Source of the DNA: Microthyrium microscopicum
Taxonomy: Eukaryota
Direction of reading: 5' to 3'
NCBI GenBank assembly: GCA_010405405.1
Contig: MU004230.1
Location: 34,627 to 98,626 of the forward strand
DNA: 64,000 nt
Shown here: positions 49,846-62,067 of the stretch, piece after piece
Position numbering within the stretch: position 1 is the first letter of the stretch
Layout of the letters: every line of letters begins with the position of its first letter
Position numbers and translations under genes: made by a program
The notes under the pieces: generated by a model
What the model saw: only the letters and a program-made list of their open reading frames with translations
Told to the model about the DNA's origin: nothing
Databases searched by the model: none

Positions 49846-51738
49846 ATGGATACACCACGCATGACAACGCGCTCGCGAACGGGCAAAACTCCAAGGTACT
49901 TGCGTTTTGCGCAAAATTGAGCTCGGCCTTCTAATGCACGTCGCAGAAAACCAATCCACCCCGACTACGTTGAAACTCCTGGTCGACGTCGCACTACGCG
50001 CCGCGCCGCGTCTTCCACGGAACCAGATGAGCATACCGACGATGCTGCATCCTCATTCAATTCTGCACGCGCCTCAACCAGCAATGGCAACACTGTCGCG
50101 GAAACCCCCAAACGCGGTCGCGGCCGTCCGCGCAAAGAACATGCAGATGAGCCAGCAGTGAAAGAGGAGCCATCGCCAGGCAACGAGAGCGCGACTAAAC
50201 GAGGTCGCGGGAGACCGCGCAAGAGCGTAGTTCCAGATTCTGAAGCCGAGGCCGACGACGAGCCAGAAGAAGAAGAGGACGTCGATGAAGACTATAAAGA
50301 TGAGGATTATAAAGTCGATCGCAGTGGGCATTATGAATTTGGCGGGCCAATTGGCGTTTTGATCGTGATGCTGGCATTTCCACTGCTTATGTGGTATATG
50401 TGGATTGGCGCAACTTTTTACGACGGGCAATTGCCCTTGCCCGTAGATGGACAGTCGCTATCTGCTTTTGCGAAGCATTTGGGTTTGATTGTTTACGACA
50501 ATGCATTCCCAACGGCCAAGGCGTGGGCGATGTATTGGACTTTTTTCATCGTTCAGGGGCTGTTCTATCTCTACATGCCTGGTGTATGGGGTGAAGGCAA
50601 ACCACTTCCGCATTTGGGTGGGAAGAAGTTGCCGTACTATTGCTCTGGTGTTTGGTCATTCTACACGACTATTGTTCTTGCGGCTGCGCTACATTTTACG
50701 GGCATATTCAAGCTCAACACCATTCTGGACGAGTTTGGTCCCTTATTATCAGTTGCCATTCTTTCGGGATTTCTCGTCAGCATTGTCGCATATTTCTCTG
50801 CACTCGCGCGTGGAGCTCAACATCGGATGACAGGAAATTTCATCTATGACTTTTTCATGGGCGCTGAATTGAATCCGCGGTTGTTTGGTAAATTGGACTT
50901 TAAAATGTTCTTTGAGGTCCGCTTGCCTTGGTTCATACTATTTCTCTTATCTGCAGCGGCGGCGGCTCGGCAATATGAGAAATACGGATATGTGTCTGGA
51001 GAAGTTGGCTTCGTCCTTATGGCTCATTTCTTGTATGCCAATGCATGCGCCAAGGGTGAAGAGCTGATCACAACCACCTGGTAAGCTCACAGTCCGTTCT
51101 TTGAGGGACTAAGATTCTAACATATGTAGGGACATGTACTACGAGAAATGGGGCTTTATGTTGATCTTCTGGAACTTGGCCGGAGTTCCACTATCCTACT
51201 GCCACTGCACGCTCTACCTCGCCAATCACCACCCAACAGAATATGCTTGGCCAAAGTGGGCTTTGATCTCACTCTACGTCAGCTACCTTTTCGTCTACTG
51301 GGTCTGGGATACATGCAACAGCCAAAAGAACATGTTCCGTCAACGCGAGCGTGGCCAAGGCATTGACCGCAAGACATTTCCCCAGCTTCCATGGAAAGAG
51401 GTCAAGAATCCAAAGAAAATCCCCACCAAGACCGGCGACAGCTTATTGGCCAGTGGCTGGTATGGTCTTGCGCGCAAGGTACATTACAGCTGCGACGTCT
51501 TCTTCGCGCTCTCGTGGGGCGCTATCACCGGCTTCCACAGTCCATTTCCGTGGTTCTATCCTGTCTTCTTCCTCATCATGATTAGCCATCGTGCAAATCG
51601 TGACATTGCAAGATGTAAAGAGCGATATGGTGCTGCGTGGGAGGAGTATACGAGACAAGTTCCTTATTTGTTCATTCCGGTAAGGGAACTCCTCCAGAGT
51701 TGACATTGAAATGCTAACGGTTCCAGGGTATCTTTTAA
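49846..51738 (+). CDS. ERG4: Delta24(24(1))-sterol reductase with an N-terminal extension containing two AT-hooks
   Basis: [69 protein letters not shown]; introns 49896-49946, ~51081-51130, ~51680-51726. Confidence 0.92.
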
Positions 51739-52016
51739 TTTAGGTCATTCAAAACTGGGATTAAAGGCAGGATCATGGCGGCTTTTGTATGCATAGCCTT
51801 TGTATACTCCCGACCTGTGAGGATTTGACAGGCGACGAGAATGACATTTGTACTAAGATTGTAATTGAACTAACTATCTCATTCATTAATTATGAACAAC
51901 TTTCATACACCTTCAGGACCAGGCTATTTGACTCCTTTCGCGAGAACAAACTTCGCACTGGGAAGATCATGAGGAGAAAGTGGGCAATCGAGCAAGATGA
52001 GAACAAATGAATATCG

Positions 52017-53738
52017 TCAGGAGTGATGAGCAGGCCTTCTCAAAGCTTTTCGTTGCATCAGGCAGCAGACGAGAACAATGACTGAAATCAACCAAGAAGA
52101 GATGAAAAGAAATTCCCAAGAATCTGCAACTCTTCTCTCTTCCTTTAGCCGATCCGAGGCGGCTCTTCTTTCCTCCCATTGCCGCAAATTTCGGCGAATA
52201 ATCTTGCCTGTTGGATTCTTTGGGATAGAATCGACAAAAGCTATTGCTTGAGGCGCTTTGTACTTTGCCAATTTGCCATGTACGAATTTCTGGATGTCCC
52301 TGAGCTCTGGCTGATAGTCGCAGCCCGACTTCAAGACTACGAATGCCTTTGGGATTTCTCCCATTCCGTTCTCCTCGCTGATACCAATTACAGCAACGTC
52401 CTGAATGTCCGGATGTTGCAACAAAACGGCCTCAATCTCCACCGGACTGACCTGCCATCCTCTCACCTTAATAATATCCTTCTTCCTATCCACCACAAAA
52501 ACTTTGCCCGCCTCCACATACCCAATATCACCAGTGCGAACCCAGCCATCCTCAGTAATGGTCTCCTGTGTAGCAACCTCGTTTTGTAAATACCGCAACA
52601 TGGGCGCTGGCGGTTTCACAACCAATTCACCAACAAGTCCGTCCCTATCAACTCGCATGGCCTGCTCGTGATCGACAATAGCTACAGCAACACCAACGTC
52701 GAAGCCATCCAGCGCCCATCCGACGCTCTCATCAGCACTCTGTTGGCCCCAGTGGCCACATGTAATCCAGCCTGTCTCCGTCATACCCCACACTGGCTGA
52801 ATAGCCGCGCTCTCATCCATCAGCTCGGCAAGAGGCAATCTATTCGCCAGCTTCAACGGTGCTCCGCCATAGAAGATCTGTCTCAGTGACTTCAATGCTT
52901 CCCGCGTGCAGCCAGGATGCTGTGCTAGCGCAACGATAACGGGTGGTGCCAGATATGTTTCCGATATCTGATACTGTTCCAAGTGCGCCAAGAATGCAGA
53001 CATGTCGAAGCGACGCATGATGTACACTGGCACACGCATGTGAATGCTAGCAGGCACGATGGGCGAAGCGAAAGCGTGGAAAGGTGGTAAGGCAGTAAGC
53101 CGCCGGACAGAGTAGGAGGAAGGCTGGTTGGTTGCAAGGAGAGCTGCTTGGCTGACATGATATGTGTGAGGGATCGCGGCAGCTTTAGGCAGACCGGAGG
53201 TTCCGCTCGTTGAGGCATATTGGGCGATAGCTTGGCTTGGATCTGGCACGGGGGTCCATTCTTGCGAGCCGTGGTTGAAGAGAGTTGTCCAGGAGGGAAT
53301 GGATGAAGTGGTGTTGGGCGTGCTATGATCGAAGGTGAACATTTTATTTGTATCGAGACCAGTGTCGCGTGCAGCCTGTATGGTCTTCTCCAGGAGGTCT
53401 GGTTCGACAATGAATGCTTTGGGTTTGGTGAGTCTCATGTGGTGGGCCAGCTCGTCGACTGTGTAGCTTGGGTTTACGCCAGTGAATATGGCGCCGGTGC
53501 CGACAATGCCAAAGTATAAAACGGGATAGTTGATGTCATTGAAGGCGTTGACGAGTACACAATCTCCTGGAGTGATTCCGGCATACTTGAGTCCGGCTAT
53601 GAGCTGCTTTGTCAAGCTCAATAGCTTGGAGTATGAAAATGATCGTTCAGTGTTTGATGGGTCTATCAGGAGTGGTGTTTCATCGGATTCGCTTTGGTTC
53701 TGGAAGGTCCACGATAACAGATCCATGTTTGATGCCAT
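52017..53738 (-). CDS. 4-coumarate-CoA ligase-like AMP-dependent synthetase with a hydrophobic C-terminal tail
   Basis: STSGTSGLPKA, WGMTE, RTGDIG, DRKKDIIKVRGWQVSPVEIE, IPKNPTGKI. Confidence 0.88.
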   Translation of the reverse strand: MASNMDLLSWTFQNQSESDETPLLIDPSNTERSFSYSKLLSLTKQLIAGLKYAGITPGDCVLVNAFNDINYPVLYFGIVGTGAIFTGVNPSYTVDELAHHMRLTKPKAFIVEPDLLEKTIQAARDTGLDTNKMFTFDHSTPNTTSSIPSWTTLFNHGSQEWTPVPDPSQAIAQYASTSGTSGLPKAAAIPHTYHVSQAALLATNQPSSYSVRRLTALPPFHAFASPIVPASIHMRVPVYIMRRFDMSAFLAHLEQYQISETYLAPPVIVALAQHPGCTREALKSLRQIFYGGAPLKLANRLPLAELMDESAAIQPVWGMTETGWITCGHWGQQSADESVGWALDGFDVGVAVAIVDHEQAMRVDRDGLVGELVVKPPAPMLRYLQNEVATQETITEDGWVRTGDIGYVEAGKVFVVDRKKDIIKVRGWQVSPVEIEAVLLQHPDIQDVAVIGISEENGMGEIPKAFVVLKSGCDYQPELRDIQKFVHGKLAKYKAPQAIAFVDSIPKNPTGKIIRRNLRQWEERRAASDRLKEERRVADSWEFLFISSWLISVIVLVCCLMQRKALRRPAHHS

Positions 53739-55240
53739 AAGTCTTCTGACTATTGTAAGTTTGAGTAAACCGTATAACAATCAAAACTTGTAGTCAATAT
53801 ATTTGCTGATTTAGAATAAGAAGTACTTTTAAACCAGCTCGAAACATCATGCTAGTTTTGCGAACTAGATAAACTATATTTCCTAGTTAGCTAGCTACCA
53901 TTAGAGATCTCATCGATCTGTAGCGAGACTTTCTCCACCACACTATCCTATCTTTAGGTCGCCTGGGACCAAATCTCGGATGACAGTCGTACGATGGATT
54001 GTCCGAAGCATCCCTTCAGAGTGAACAACTTCCAATCTGGCTAATTTGAGAAGTCAAACTAAACGAGCCAACTTATTGTCGTCATCATACTATTCTTTTA
54101 TCGAAAATAGATCACAGATATCTATTTCACGATCTACATCTATTGAATCCATATCTTCCCGGAGCTAACTTCTTAACGAGTGAGCCAGTCATGGCACGCA
54201 AGGCGAAAGATGTCTTGAAAGGTCGCGATAACAATGATTACACGTAGATGCAGATCGAGAAATTCTAGTAGATTATGTTAGTAGAATTTGATAAATTCAT
54301 AAGTTGGTGATTAGTATAAGTTCTTCCTTCTGAAGGATCCATTGCTGCAGCGAATGCGTCTGCTAAGCCTCATCCAGGTACTAAAAGTCTAGAATTTCCC
54401 ATTTTTTAATTTTCCGGGCCAATGAGATTGTACATGAGAAACATTCCAGCCAGATTGTCCGATACTTCGGACTTGTCTCCATCTTGATATGTTGAAGTGT
54501 TTACGCGCCCAACAATCGGGTCCTGTTGGTTTAGAGCTGTATGCATCAGCTTATTGGACCATTTTTCAATGTACACCGCGATAGAAATGTTAGTCCAACC
54601 TGCTACATTAGTAACCTCTTTTAGGAAATTGCTGAGCCACCCAACATGTATGCCTGGATCCAACAAATGTCCGCGAACACGATGCGCAGCTCGTCTCACG
54701 CGCTAGTTCTTGAATGCGAGCTTACTTGTATAGCACCACGGAGATTTCCAGGCTGCATCTTCTCCGCTGGATTATCAAGCTATCACGATAACGGCTTGCG
54801 TTGCTTTTGGCCGTGTTCTATTTCAAATTATGGTGCCAACACGATAGGCCCAACTCCAGGACACTTCGCCACTGAAATCCGGTAAAGTATTCCGGTAATA
54901 CCGTAAGCTGGAGGAGGAATTGAATTGAGTTGCTGCGAGAAGCACGACTATCCGCTTCAGTAGTTTGGTATCTAATGCGAAGGTGTTCATATCTCCAAAA
55001 ACACCTAGATCCATTCTCGTCCCAGAGGTGCTCCTTGGGTTACTTGGCCAAGCTATATTAGGTCCTGTCTCAAGAATTCCAAGATCACTTTTATGTACTT
55101 GGCCGTTGGCCGTTGATTTGATCAATAGTGATCATGCAAGAAGATTATGAGCCAAGTTTGATGGGCACCAGTTCATAAATGATGCCTTGTCAGCTTTCAA
55201 TCATGATATCTTTTCAATAATTTCCAGCGGTATACGTTCA

Positions 55241-56969
55241 ATGATGTCTTCTACTACTAGCTTTGACTCGAGTGCTGACGAGTCCAACACCCCAGAGCCA
55301 GATTTCTTACACTACTCTTCTTCTAGTCCTATTGATACCAGAAGACACTGTTCTGTCTTTTCAGAGCCAAAATCTGCTTGCTATTCTCCTTCTATTACAG
55401 TCAATTCCAGAAGACATGGTTCCGTGTTTTCAGAGCCAACTTCCACTTGCTACTCTGCCACTGATATCGAAAGTTATATCAAAAGATCTCAACCGGTAGA
55501 CAATGGCCTGGGCTCTCGATTCTCATTCTCGCTAGATGTGCAAGTTGAAAGCGAGAAGGACCAAATATCGAAAGACATAGAACAGGCCCCAAATGTCTCC
55601 ATCAAAAGAATTGCAGTAAGCCATATTTGGTATTTTGCTTTGGATGGTGTTAACATGTCTATAGAAGCCTATGGAAGGCCTGTCCCGAATCAATCAGAAG
55701 TTCAGCCCATACAAGAAACTTTTTTCAATCGTCTTACTCGGGAACCTAATTGGCATGACAATCTTCCTCAACAGAAACCGGGACAACGTACCTCTCTCCA
55801 CCATTATAACGGCATCTTCCTCGAACATTCTGGTCGCAATACTTGTTCGCCAAGAGTACCTTGTAAATTCAGTCTACAGACTTTGCTGGTATACACCGCA
55901 CTCTTGGCCACTATGGGCCCGGATCCTGATCACCAAAGTCTACGAGCATGGTGGTATACATTCTGGCGCAGCAGTTGCTGGTACCATATGGCTTCTCCTA
56001 TTGGTCGTCCTGGTCATTCAGGACTTCGTCCAGAAGAGCTATCGATCCGTTCCTGTTTTGACTGTCTGCTTGATTCTTCTCCTATTGCTCACCGGTATCT
56101 TGTTATCTTCCATACCCACCTTTCGATCGAAAAGACACAACGCCTTCGAACGCACCCATCGGTTCGCTGGATGGACAGCGACAGCCATGTTCTGGATAGC
56201 AATCTTTGTCTTCGCTCATGATTCTGCGATATCCGAAACTCGGCACTACCGAGACGTCTTGATTCACACTCCTTCTTTCTGGATACTACTTCTGATCACA
56301 ATCTACCTGGTTCTTCCCTGGCTTCGCCTTCGAAAACAAGCTTTCACAGCATATATGCTATCCGATCGCTCAATAAGACTTGACTTCGAAGCAAAATATC
56401 CACCAGTTGCTGGCATCGGCATCTCAGAGTCCCCACTAATGGAGTGGCATCCATTCGCAACCTTCCCCAATCCCACCGGTGGAAAAGACTGTCATAGCAT
56501 CATAATATCTCACACTGGCGACTGGACTCGCCGAATCATTGACAATCCAAAACCTCAATACTGGCTCAAGGGAATCCCAAAGATTGGTCTGCTATCTCTA
56601 GCCTTGGTATATCGCTCTGTTCTCTTGGTGACGACCGGGTCAGGGATAGGGCCATGTTTGTCATTGCTCATGACAGATTCTCCCAGACGGAGTAATACGA
56701 AATGCAGACTGGTATGGTCAACACCTAATCCAGTCCTGACGTATGGCTCTGATCTGTATCATTCGGTTCTACGAGCTGACCCAGAAGCGACGATCATTGA
56801 TACAAAGCTCAGTGGACGACCGGACTTGGTGGATATTGCGTTTACTGAGTGGAGTTCTTCTGATATCGAAGCGGTCTTTGTGATCAGCAATAAGGAGGTG
56901 ACTAGAATGATTGTGGATGAGTTGAATGGGAAAGGCGTTCCAGCGTTTGGTCCTATCTGGGATTCTTAG
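55241..56969 (+). CDS. TmpA-like membrane flavoprotein (TM domain plus FAD/NAD(P)-binding FNR domain)
   Basis: GGIHSGAA, HNAFERTHRFAGW, EWHPFA, GDWT, VTTGSGIGPCL, VFVISN, FGPIWDS; intron 55616-55664. Confidence 0.82.
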
Positions 56970-57747
56970 AATTTGGCATGTATTCTCCTGCTATAGGTAA
57001 TGATGTAGGTTGTTAATCCACGGACAAAATAACTGGCGTGCCTCCATCAGTTGCGCTGGCTCCCACGAGCGCTACTAAATGGAAGGGCCCTCTATTTACC
57101 ATTGCATTCATTAAACTATTTGAGTTTGGACGCCCTATATAGAGGCAAAGCACTTGATAGCAAAGCGAATGGTGTGGGAGCCATCGAAGTCGATGGTAGC
57201 GCCCCGATTATTTTGTCGATTGGTTGGTTGGCCAAAGCACGTTGTACTTTCGAAGTGAGGTAAAATTGTGAATAACATAACGCTAGTCCTGAATCCTACA
57301 ATGGAGAATATGGATTGTTCTTCAGCCCCTGATAGAGAGATTAGCAGAAGCTTCGAGCCTGGCACATATCCTTTCAAAACATAAGTGAGATTGCTAGATC
57401 TACATGTCGCAAGAGACATCATTGGCATGAGTGACTCAAACAAAGTATCGTCGTAATTATCCTTGCAAAAGGCCGCATTTTGTGTATGCCAATTCCAAAT
57501 TAAACTGTATCCAAAAAAAGCAGGACGTCTGAAGTGGAGTTATAACACAAAGCAAGAACTGAAGCAAAAGTCGTTCAAACACAAAGCACGGGATATCTTC
57601 CAAAATAAAGCAAGCAAGGAACGAATTGTTTGAACAATGATTAGACCGAGTTGTATGATCGCTATTTAGACAGTTGAAAGCAAAAAACGCCGTAGTATGC
57701 AAGTTTCCATGCATCAATGCAAACGCCAAAGCAAAAGACTACCGAAA

Positions 57748-58400
57748 CTACCGATTCTCCGGAGGGTCTGTGAAAACGCTGAGACGAACTCGATGGGTCT
57801 AGAGAGCGTTAGAAGTGAGTGGTGCTGAAAGATGTCTTGGACTTACAGCTGGTAGCTTTGGAATGACAACTGCAACAGTTGCTAGCAGATTTATCAAGAA
57901 GTAGTAGATACCATAATGAGTGTAATGGGTACTGATGAGGAATAGAATGATTGGAACAGAAAGAAGGTATTTTTTGGCTGGTGTGTATTGATCGCCATTG
58001 TCGATTTGTTCCCACATGTTGAGATTGTCAAAGGCCCCGGCATTGAAATCGAATGGAATACCGCGAACCCAATGGAACATGATATAAGATCCCGTCATAT
58101 ATGTTATATTGGTCAGGGTCCAGGAGAGTTCCTGGGTTATACCTGGCCATATATCGAAGAAGAGTTTGAGTGCAACGATGAGGAAAGGGTGGATTAGCCA
58201 GGCTCCTATAGTTGAACAATTGTGTCAGTCAAATGCTCCTCGATTTTTGGTTCGCCAGATGAGAACTTACCCTTTGCATTGACCCATTCAGCATTCAAGT
58301 TTGGCAGCGCAGCCTGGTCGCTCTTATGTTCCAAGGTCTCGGGCGGCTCGACGAAGACAAGACTACTAGACCGTCTCCTACGTTTGGTTTCGGTAGTCAT
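57748..58400 (-). CDS. ORM1: ORM1/ORMDL sphingolipid regulator
   Basis: RRRRSSS, DQAALPNLNAEWVNAKG|AW, FHWVRGIPF, WEQID, VVIPKLP; two introns. Confidence 0.92.
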
Positions 58401-59281
58401 GGCTTCTAAGGTGGATGGTTTTCGAACGGGATTCGTGTCTCCGTGAAAGGAGACGGTTCTCGTCCGGTTCAGAATGATGGGCGACAGTTTGGCGATTGTG
58501 TGGATGGATGGGAGTAAGGATGTATAGACGACCGTGACAGTGCAAGGCCGGGAAGATATGCGCAAAGGTTCAAAGTGATGCCTTTGGTGGAATTGCCGAC
58601 TGGGAAAAGTGACGTGTGTGATTCGCGAGACACGTACGGCACTGGACTTTGTCGATATGTAGGCTGCGATAGCGAACCGGGAAGAAGCGGCAGAGCGGGG
58701 GCAAAAAATGAAGTGATTTGGATGCCGCAAAGGAGATGGCAGATGATGGATGGGAAGTTGTTTAGTTTAGGCAGCAAGAAGTTGCAGAATAGTTTGAAAT
58801 GGCGGCGGAGAGTTGTGATCGCGAAGGTTGTAGTGGACCTGTGGTAGATCTTGGCTTGGGGATGCAGGTGTGGAATCTAGGCACTGCGATTGCCAGGAGA
58901 GTGAGGTCTAGGGTTATTTATCCATCATATGCATGGCGTGGGCCTTGGCTGCACCTTCCACCTCCTGTCAAATGCGCCTGGTCTTGCTGTGCATCTCCCA
59001 AGACACTTTGAGCCTCCTTCAACCAACTTCATACACCTCGCTTTGGCTATCCGCAAAACCACCACCCTAATTAATCAACAATCAACATAATCGCGACCCC
59101 GAATTCATCAACTGTCATCAAAACTTTGTCGTGTTTTATTTGTTTCCATTATCCCAATCTCATCGAGCGCGAAATACCATCTCCAAAGTCCTCGCCGTGG
59201 ATGCGACACGTCGCGCTTTAAACCACTTCGACCAACTTCGACCTCATCACCGTCCACTACATACACAATTAAATCATCAAA

Positions 59282-60211
59282 ATGACACCCGAACCTGCTA
59301 CACAAACCGCAGTACCTGAGGTATCGCAAGACGAGAATGGCGAAGACTCGAAACCACAACTTCCTACAAGATCATGGCGCAAGAAGTATCGCAAGCTACG
59401 GCAACGATTCGCGCGCGTCATGAACGAAAGCAATAACTACACCAAAGACGAGCATCGAGCATTAGCATTGGCGCGGCGATTACAAGAAGAAAACGACCAA
59501 TTACTTGAAATGCTCATGGACATCCACCGATCAGGCAGTCTAGACATTCCAGTTGACGAAGTCGGTCTCGACCTGCCCTCGGACATTGCTAGTCTCACCA
59601 CGGCGGCCACAATAGAGTCCGAAGAGAGCTACTTATCTAGCATTCTCCAAATGCCACACAAAACATATGAGATGAGCGATGTGCCCGAGTCTCTCAAAGT
59701 ACTTACATCATCCAACTACATGGATGCCACATACCGCGACGAATATATAGCCAACCTCGATTCTCAATTAGAAGACATAACCTTCCTAGCCGACCCCAAC
59801 AAAACGCTGCGTCCACCAGATAGTCGTACTGTGCCCTCCGAAAAAGATTTGCAGAACAAGAACGTCGATAGTGTCATCAGCTGGCTGCGGCGTCATCATC
59901 CCGAAACATTCATCCAGGACAAGGATGAGAAAGAAAAGCCAGAGCCTCGGAAGCGAGGAGGCGGCGGTAAACGCGCAAGCCTTGCTCAATCCACTACTAC
60001 AGTTCCTAAGCAAGAGCCGGAGGAAGAGGAAGAGATGGGTGTTGCTCCAGATCCACCAGAGAAGCCTACTGGCCGAGCGAAAAAGACAAAGGAAGATGAG
60101 GCGTATCGCCCCAAGGGAGGTAGCTCTCGGAGTGCCAAGCGCAAACGACTGACTGAGGACGGAGATCACAAGCCCGCTGGTCGAGGCAAACGAGCAAAGG
60201 CAGCTGCTTAA
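59282..60211 (+). CDS. iec3: INO80 complex subunit Iec3-like
   Basis: SWRKKYRKLR..F..VM.ES coiled coil; NVDSVISWLRRHHP; basic tail YRPKGGSSR. Confidence 0.75.
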   Translation: MTPEPATQTAVPEVSQDENGEDSKPQLPTRSWRKKYRKLRQRFARVMNESNNYTKDEHRALALARRLQEENDQLLEMLMDIHRSGSLDIPVDEVGLDLPSDIASLTTAATIESEESYLSSILQMPHKTYEMSDVPESLKVLTSSNYMDATYRDEYIANLDSQLEDITFLADPNKTLRPPDSRTVPSEKDLQNKNVDSVISWLRRHHPETFIQDKDEKEKPEPRKRGGGGKRASLAQSTTTVPKQEPEEEEEMGVAPDPPEKPTGRAKKTKEDEAYRPKGGSSRSAKRKRLTEDGDHKPAGRGKRAKAAA

Positions 60212-60619
60212 AGGGGGGCTGCATATACTCGCTAGGCGATAGGATAGTAATGCATTATTATGCTGATTGTTCTGCTACTCATGAATCTGAATGACATGCC
60301 TGGTGTCAAGATGGCGAGCCTTTACAATAGAAATGTCTTTCAACATCTCTGTACACCATGTTCCACGCTTTGCTACCGAGCGTTCTATTTGCCAGAGAAG
60401 GTGTACAATTCTAACTTTTCATCGAATCCGATCAATATTAAATCCGTCTTGCTTCAAGAAGTGCTATGGCAGACATCGTGTTTCATGGAGGAGTCAGTCA
60501 TATGAAATATTGTATACTATCGACCCGGAACTTTCCCATGAGCAGCCACATTATTTACAGGATTGTTGCTGCGAATCTTCCATTCTTTGCTTTGAGTGTT
60601 CTCACCCACAAGTTAAATC

Positions 60620-61405
60620 TCACAGGTGTGATTCTTGTGATAGATTAACGTAAGGAAAGGTGTTGTCGTACAATTTCACATAGTACTTGAGGAAGTCGTT
60701 TAGTGAAAATACTTCCTTCTTGTCCATTTCATCAATCTTGTCTCTTCCGCACCCGGCAAAGACTTCATTGCTCGACTTCGCGGCCTCACAAAGATCTTGA
60801 CATATTGCCCAATCGGTCCAGGGGTAAGATTTACCAATGTACCTTCTGGATTGTCGAGCAAACTTTTGCCAATCGACCAGCCATTCCCGAATACTCTGGG
60901 TGGGGAATGGGCCTTTCTTCAGGCGCTCCAGCTCATCCCGTAAATCTTCCTCAACAGCGCCGTCGCAGTCTTGATTCCATTCGCGCAGTTCTCTGAGCAT
61001 GGTTCGACAATCTTTGGTGTCGTAGATGCCCTCTTGAAAATGTTTGTGAATCGAATGGGTGATGAGCTGATAGACTTGGTTCAAAATATCGCGGACTGTA
61101 ATGAATTCATTGAGCCTCGCCTTGTAGAGTAGCACTGCGTCTTTCAGATTTGGATGGTCATCAGACGGTATGTTGGGTAACTTTGGCGGAACAGGCGTAT
61201 CTGCGTCCGGGTCGATGTATTCCCAGACGCCTAGAATTGATGCATGCCGTTTGATATGATCGAACCAGAGATCCCAGTCTGCCCGTTTCTCCAAAAAGTA
61301 GCCTGTTTTGGCTAGGGTGTGGGAAGACGGAGGTATAATTGGATCATCTGTATCGAGGTCCATTCCAGGCACTAAGGTCATTGGGGAATGAGGTGGTGAA
61401 GCCAT
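60620..61405 (-). CDS. Solo Ty1/Copia-type Gag-like protein (261 aa), possibly domesticated
   Basis: LEKRADWDLWFDHIKRHASILGVWEYIDP...I..SI...MLRELR...L..LKKGP...IREWLVDW resembles fungal Copia gag. Intact ORF; no pol or LTRs seen. Confidence 0.65.
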   Translation of the reverse strand: MASPPHSPMTLVPGMDLDTDDPIIPPSSHTLAKTGYFLEKRADWDLWFDHIKRHASILGVWEYIDPDADTPVPPKLPNIPSDDHPNLKDAVLLYKARLNEFITVRDILNQVYQLITHSIHKHFQEGIYDTKDCRTMLRELREWNQDCDGAVEEDLRDELERLKKGPFPTQSIREWLVDWQKFARQSRRYIGKSYPWTDWAICQDLCEAAKSSNEVFAGCGRDKIDEMDKKEVFSLNDFLKYYVKLYDNTFPYVNLSQESHL

Positions 61406-62067
61406 GTTGACTGCCGCAGTGTTCCTACCTGTCAGAAGACTCGATACTGACAGAAGATTTGGTGATCAAAAGAACAATTGGTAGTTGAGAGAGGAGTTGT
61501 TTAGCGAGTGCTCCGAAAAGTCGTAGTTGGTATTCATGAGCGCTGACTTTTTGAGCGAGCGAGAGGTGAAGTTGAGGTTGCATCCACCCGAATCGGTCTG
61601 GATATGAGAGGCGGGGTCTGATACCTAGGTGTTTGAGGTCTGCTGGTGCGTAAAGTCCATTGGGAAAGAACGAAGGTCATGGGCCATGGCTATCGCTATT
61701 GCCTTGTCAGGCAGGAGCGATCATGACTATCGAACAATATGTTCCACTCGAGCGCAATATCTACGATGTATTGCCCTCCAGCGACTGCTCTATATTCAAA
61801 TAGATCCGTAAGTCAATGAGCACTAATTGGGTGTGCTGGAAATTGAAGTCTAGTCTTCTCCTCGAGTGCGATGGTACGCATTGAACATCGAGAGTTTCGA
61901 GACTACTTCGTCTGGTGGTTGCGACCCATAAGGCTGAGCTTTGACCATAAATAAGTCCAAGCTCAGCCCCACTAGCGGCAACAACTCTTGATCTCCAACT
62001 TTTTTCTTCCACCGAATTCAGTGAACTCACAACGCAAATTTGGTCTACCAAAGACACTTCGACAATC

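Noticed and set aside
54406..55125. Two ~100-aa minus-strand ORFs between the ligase and the TmpA-like gene
   Set aside because: No recognisable motifs or convincing splice model. A pseudogene cannot be supported.
55616..56221. Apparent overlap or frameshift between ORFs 55187 and 55671
   Set aside because: Explained by a canonical intron at 55616-55664.
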